From Tubulanus polymorphus (Eukaryota; Animalia; Nemertea), in the NCBI RefSeq assembly GCF_964204645.1, contig NC_134026.1, positions 11,555,950 through 11,619,949 on the forward strand: a stretch of DNA of 64,000 nucleotides, read 5' to 3'. A model generated the notes under the pieces. That model searched no databases. It had not been told where the DNA came from and worked only from the letters and a program-made list of their open reading frames with translations. Numbering within the stretch: position 1 is the stretch's first letter; every line of letters starts with the position of its first letter. Shown here in pieces: positions 60,703 to 64,000 of this stretch. Made by a program: the position numbers and the translations under genes.

Positions 60703-62473
60703 AAATATAGCTGCAAAGCAGCGATAACGGGTTTCTGCCTTGCTGGACGAGGAGCGCAACCTAGGGGTCAGCTGATAACATGGCTATGTTGATTCACATG
60801 GGATACTACGCGAGAAGTTCTAATGTACCAAGGTTAGGGGAAATGACAACGAGAATAACGAAGATACGGTACTTTGACCATGCCCAAGTGGTCGGTAATT
60901 TGCCGGTTAGCATACTACTGAATTACAATCGAAAAAACTGATGCTAGAATGAGTTTTCAACATTAATGCCCCCTAGTGGTTAGAATAAGAACTAATTATG
61001 TTAGGGATTCGTTGTATCTTATATCCAGGTACATGTATATCAATTTTCATAGAGATCCTTTTATCCTCTTAGTAGCTATCAATGAAAATGCATTTCCAGC
61101 AAAATGTAGGTGGCGCTCCTGGAGAACCATATAATTTACCTACTTAAAACATACATAAATACAAGTATCTTGAAAAGCGCTACTAACCACACATTGCAAC
61201 CTCGATTCTATCGCCAACGTTTAAGGACCTAGGAGCAAAAATCGTTGTTTTCACAGTCCCCTAGTGGCAGTTGTATGAACTAATCATGCAGGATGGCATA
61301 TTACACACATGTCTTTGTACTTATACCAAGTTTTGTGATTTTAATAATAAACAGACCGCATTAAATGCGAAAAAATGGATGCTGAAATCGATTTTTCAAA
61401 ATTTACTCCCCCTAGTGGTTAAAATGGGAACTAATCATATGAGGGGTTCGCTTCGTTTTGTAACCAGGTACATGTGTATCAATTTTTATAGACATCCATT
61501 GATACCCTTAGATATAGATGAAAATGCGTATTCCAGCGTCTTATAGGTGGCGCTACTGGAGAACCATATGAGTAACATAGTTATACCATACATCAATAAA
61601 AGCGTCTTCGCAAGGGGTACTGATCACTCGTCGCAACCACGATTCTATCTCCAACGGTTAAGGAGCTAGGAGCAAAAATCTCATTAAAAATTTTGGGGGC
61701 CCATTTTCTAGCCCGTAGAGCCCAAACGATTAATCGCAGATAGGGCGTGCCATTCACTTTTTTAACCTCCGGCCTGTTATGAACAACTTTCGTGCTCACC
61801 CGAAGCTGAAAAGTCAAAGACAAAAATATTTCTCACACAGTAACTTTTTGATGTCAGAATTTTCAAATGTAAAACACCCCCTGGTGGGTGAACGGGGTCC
61901 CCGATCTAAGATCCCCTCGATTTACCTGAAGGTACCTGTGTTCCGTACATCTCACGAAAGTTTCAAGTAAATCCGTCAAGGAATATTGTAATGCTAACAG
62001 AATATAGCCATCCAGGCTCTCGCGTATAGATACCGTAGCTGCATTCATTAGCTCTATCCAGGGAAGTTACTGCAAGGGCTATTGCTTGTATATGCGGCAC
62101 AAAAATTCCTCAGTTGCGTTCACTCGAGACTGACCTCATTCAGTGCGCCACATATATATAAAGATACTAAAAAACTACAGATCTAGTACACCAGCTCTAT
62201 CACTGCTTATATGGACACTGACACAAACAGACGCACTGACGCGCTGTGGGAATGACACGTAGGCAATGCACATACGTAGATGGATAGTGTTTGAATCGGG
62301 CTTAAATTTCGATGTTTAGAGGCTCACAGTGAGTAAACAGTGCAATTCTGATTAATATCATATACAGTATTTGTCAATGCAGCGTAGTACTTGTGATACC
62401 GAATGGTTTCACCGACAGTGAAAGTAAGTTGCAGTTGTTTATATCCTTTCAGTAAGATCCAGTGTGAAAAAGA

Positions 62474-62543
<70 letters not shown>

Positions 62544-62588
62544 CAGCAGGAATACAATAGGGTTTCTGCGAAGGCAGCAGAAACCCTA
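60703..62588 (-). mobile_element. HINE family B, complete copy
   Basis: 3' stem-loop near 60710-60722, (AAT)n at 62476-62543, 5' hairpin TAGGGTTTCTGC-gaaggca-GCAGAAACCCTA at 62558-62588. Confidence 0.78.
62476..62543. repeat. (AAT)n microsatellite inside the HINE 5' region
   Basis: About 22 perfect units read directly from the sequence. Confidence 0.98.
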
Positions 62589-64000
62589 AATATAGCTGCA
62601 AAGCAGCGATAACGGGTTTTCTGCACAGTCTTAGAATCCTGTTCAACGGTGGATTTCAACAAAGCATTTGATAAGGCTCAACATCAGCCATTACTAAAGA
62701 GGCTATTAGGAAACAGAATCAATGATAGGTCGTTAAAATGGCTCAGCAGTTATCTCTGAACGGAAACTTGTAACCGAAATCAACGGAACGCCTCATCTTG
62801 GAATGAGACGGTCTAACTAGTGGAGTCACGCAAGGTAGTATCCTAAGTCGTCTTCTGTTTAATGTCCTGACAAATGACATACACAGTAATCCAAAATATA
62901 CCAGACCGAGTAAATTTCCAAAACGACCTTAACACACTGTTCGACCAAAAAACTTAATGTTCCGACAAAACCACGGGGACAAAACCAAAATTATGAATTG
63001 TCGCGGGTGACAAAACCAAAATATTGAAATGTCATGGGCGACAAAACAAAAATAATGAATTGTCGCGGGCGATAAAACCAAAATAATGATTTGTCGCGGG
63101 CGATAAAACCACAATAATGAATTGTCGCGGGCGTTAAAACCAAAATATTGAATTGTCGCGGCGATAAAACCAAAATAATTAATTGTCGCGGCGATAAAAC
63201 CAAAATAATTAATTGTCGTGGACGACAAAAACAAAATATTGAATTGTTGCCTGTGACAAAACCAGAATAATGAATTGTCGCGGGAGACAAAACCAAATTA
63301 GGGGTCCAGGGACACCATGCTCACTTGGGAAGTGGTTTCAAATGCTCAACAATCTAACAATTTCAATACATAACGCCCTCTAGTGACCATATACAAAAAC
63401 CAATGACCTTGAAACCCACCACAATCATAGAACATGTGAGCAGCTATGATTTTGTAATTGATTGTGATAACAAAATATGCCTCGTTACCAATTTAATATG
63501 GAAATACTAAGTTATTCTACTATTCAACGCCCCTGGTGACCATATGCAAAACCCAATGACCTTAAAACTCACCACAATCGTAGTACATGTCATGAAATAC
63601 AACTTTGCAATTGATCATAGTAACAAAATATGCCTAGGTACCAATCTAATAAGGAAATACTAGGCCATTCTACTATTCAACGCCCCCTGGTGACTATATG
63701 GAATAACTAATGTCCTTAAAAACTCACCACAATCATAGACGATGTCATGATCTACAACTTAGCAATGGATCATGGTAACAAACTATGCCTAGGTACCAAT
63801 CTAATAAGGAAAAACTAAGCTTTCCTACTATTCAACGCCCCCTGGTGACTATATGGAATAACTAATGTCCTTAAAAACCCACCACAATCATAGACGATGT
63901 CATGGACTACAACTTTGCAATTGATCATGGTAACAAAATATGCCTTGGTACAAATATAATATAGCAATACTAAGTTATTGTATTATTCAACGCCCCCTGA
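62589..64000 (-). mobile_element. HINE family A composite copy (31-bp array plus nested 155-bp-repeat element), runs off the window
   Basis: Reverse complement of ~4484-5806, including the nested junction at ~63297. Confidence 0.8.

Noticed and set aside
62403-62646. Poly-Asn and poly-Tyr ORFs
   Set aside because: Translation of the (AAT)n microsatellite.

Overview
Eukaryotic, probably marine invertebrate, genomic DNA made almost entirely of nested and mostly decayed mobile elements. The only recognisable host sequence is a single minus-strand coding exon of a PARN/PNLDC1-like deadenylase (24804-24882). The largest feature is a complete ~17.4 kb Polinton/Maverick (adintovirus-type endogenous virus) at 38883-56259. 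It has a 6-bp TSD (GATAAC), ~600-bp TIRs that are each a ~400-bp hairpin, and genes for pPolB, rve integrase with chromodomain, packaging ATPase, major and minor capsid, and an NCLDV-type HNH nuclease. Two unexpected signals lie inside it: 14 gene starts carry the poxvirus-late-promoter-like TAAATG, six of them with an upstream T-run, and a 32-bp GC-rich palindromic module sits in frame (NGAxxHPHGDI) in three unrelated ORFs. The virus is inserted in an array of Helentron-type non-autonomous elements (HINE/DINE-1-like). These appear to nest into their own (ATT)n microsatellite, exchange satellite cores and carry CTCF-like motifs. Also present: a split L2-type LINE, piggyBac, Tc1/mariner, hAT-like, MULE, two DIRS1, a Penelope with hammerhead ribozymes, and P-like and PIF MITEs. 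All calls come from reading motifs by eye with no database search; coordinates of decayed elements are approximate.
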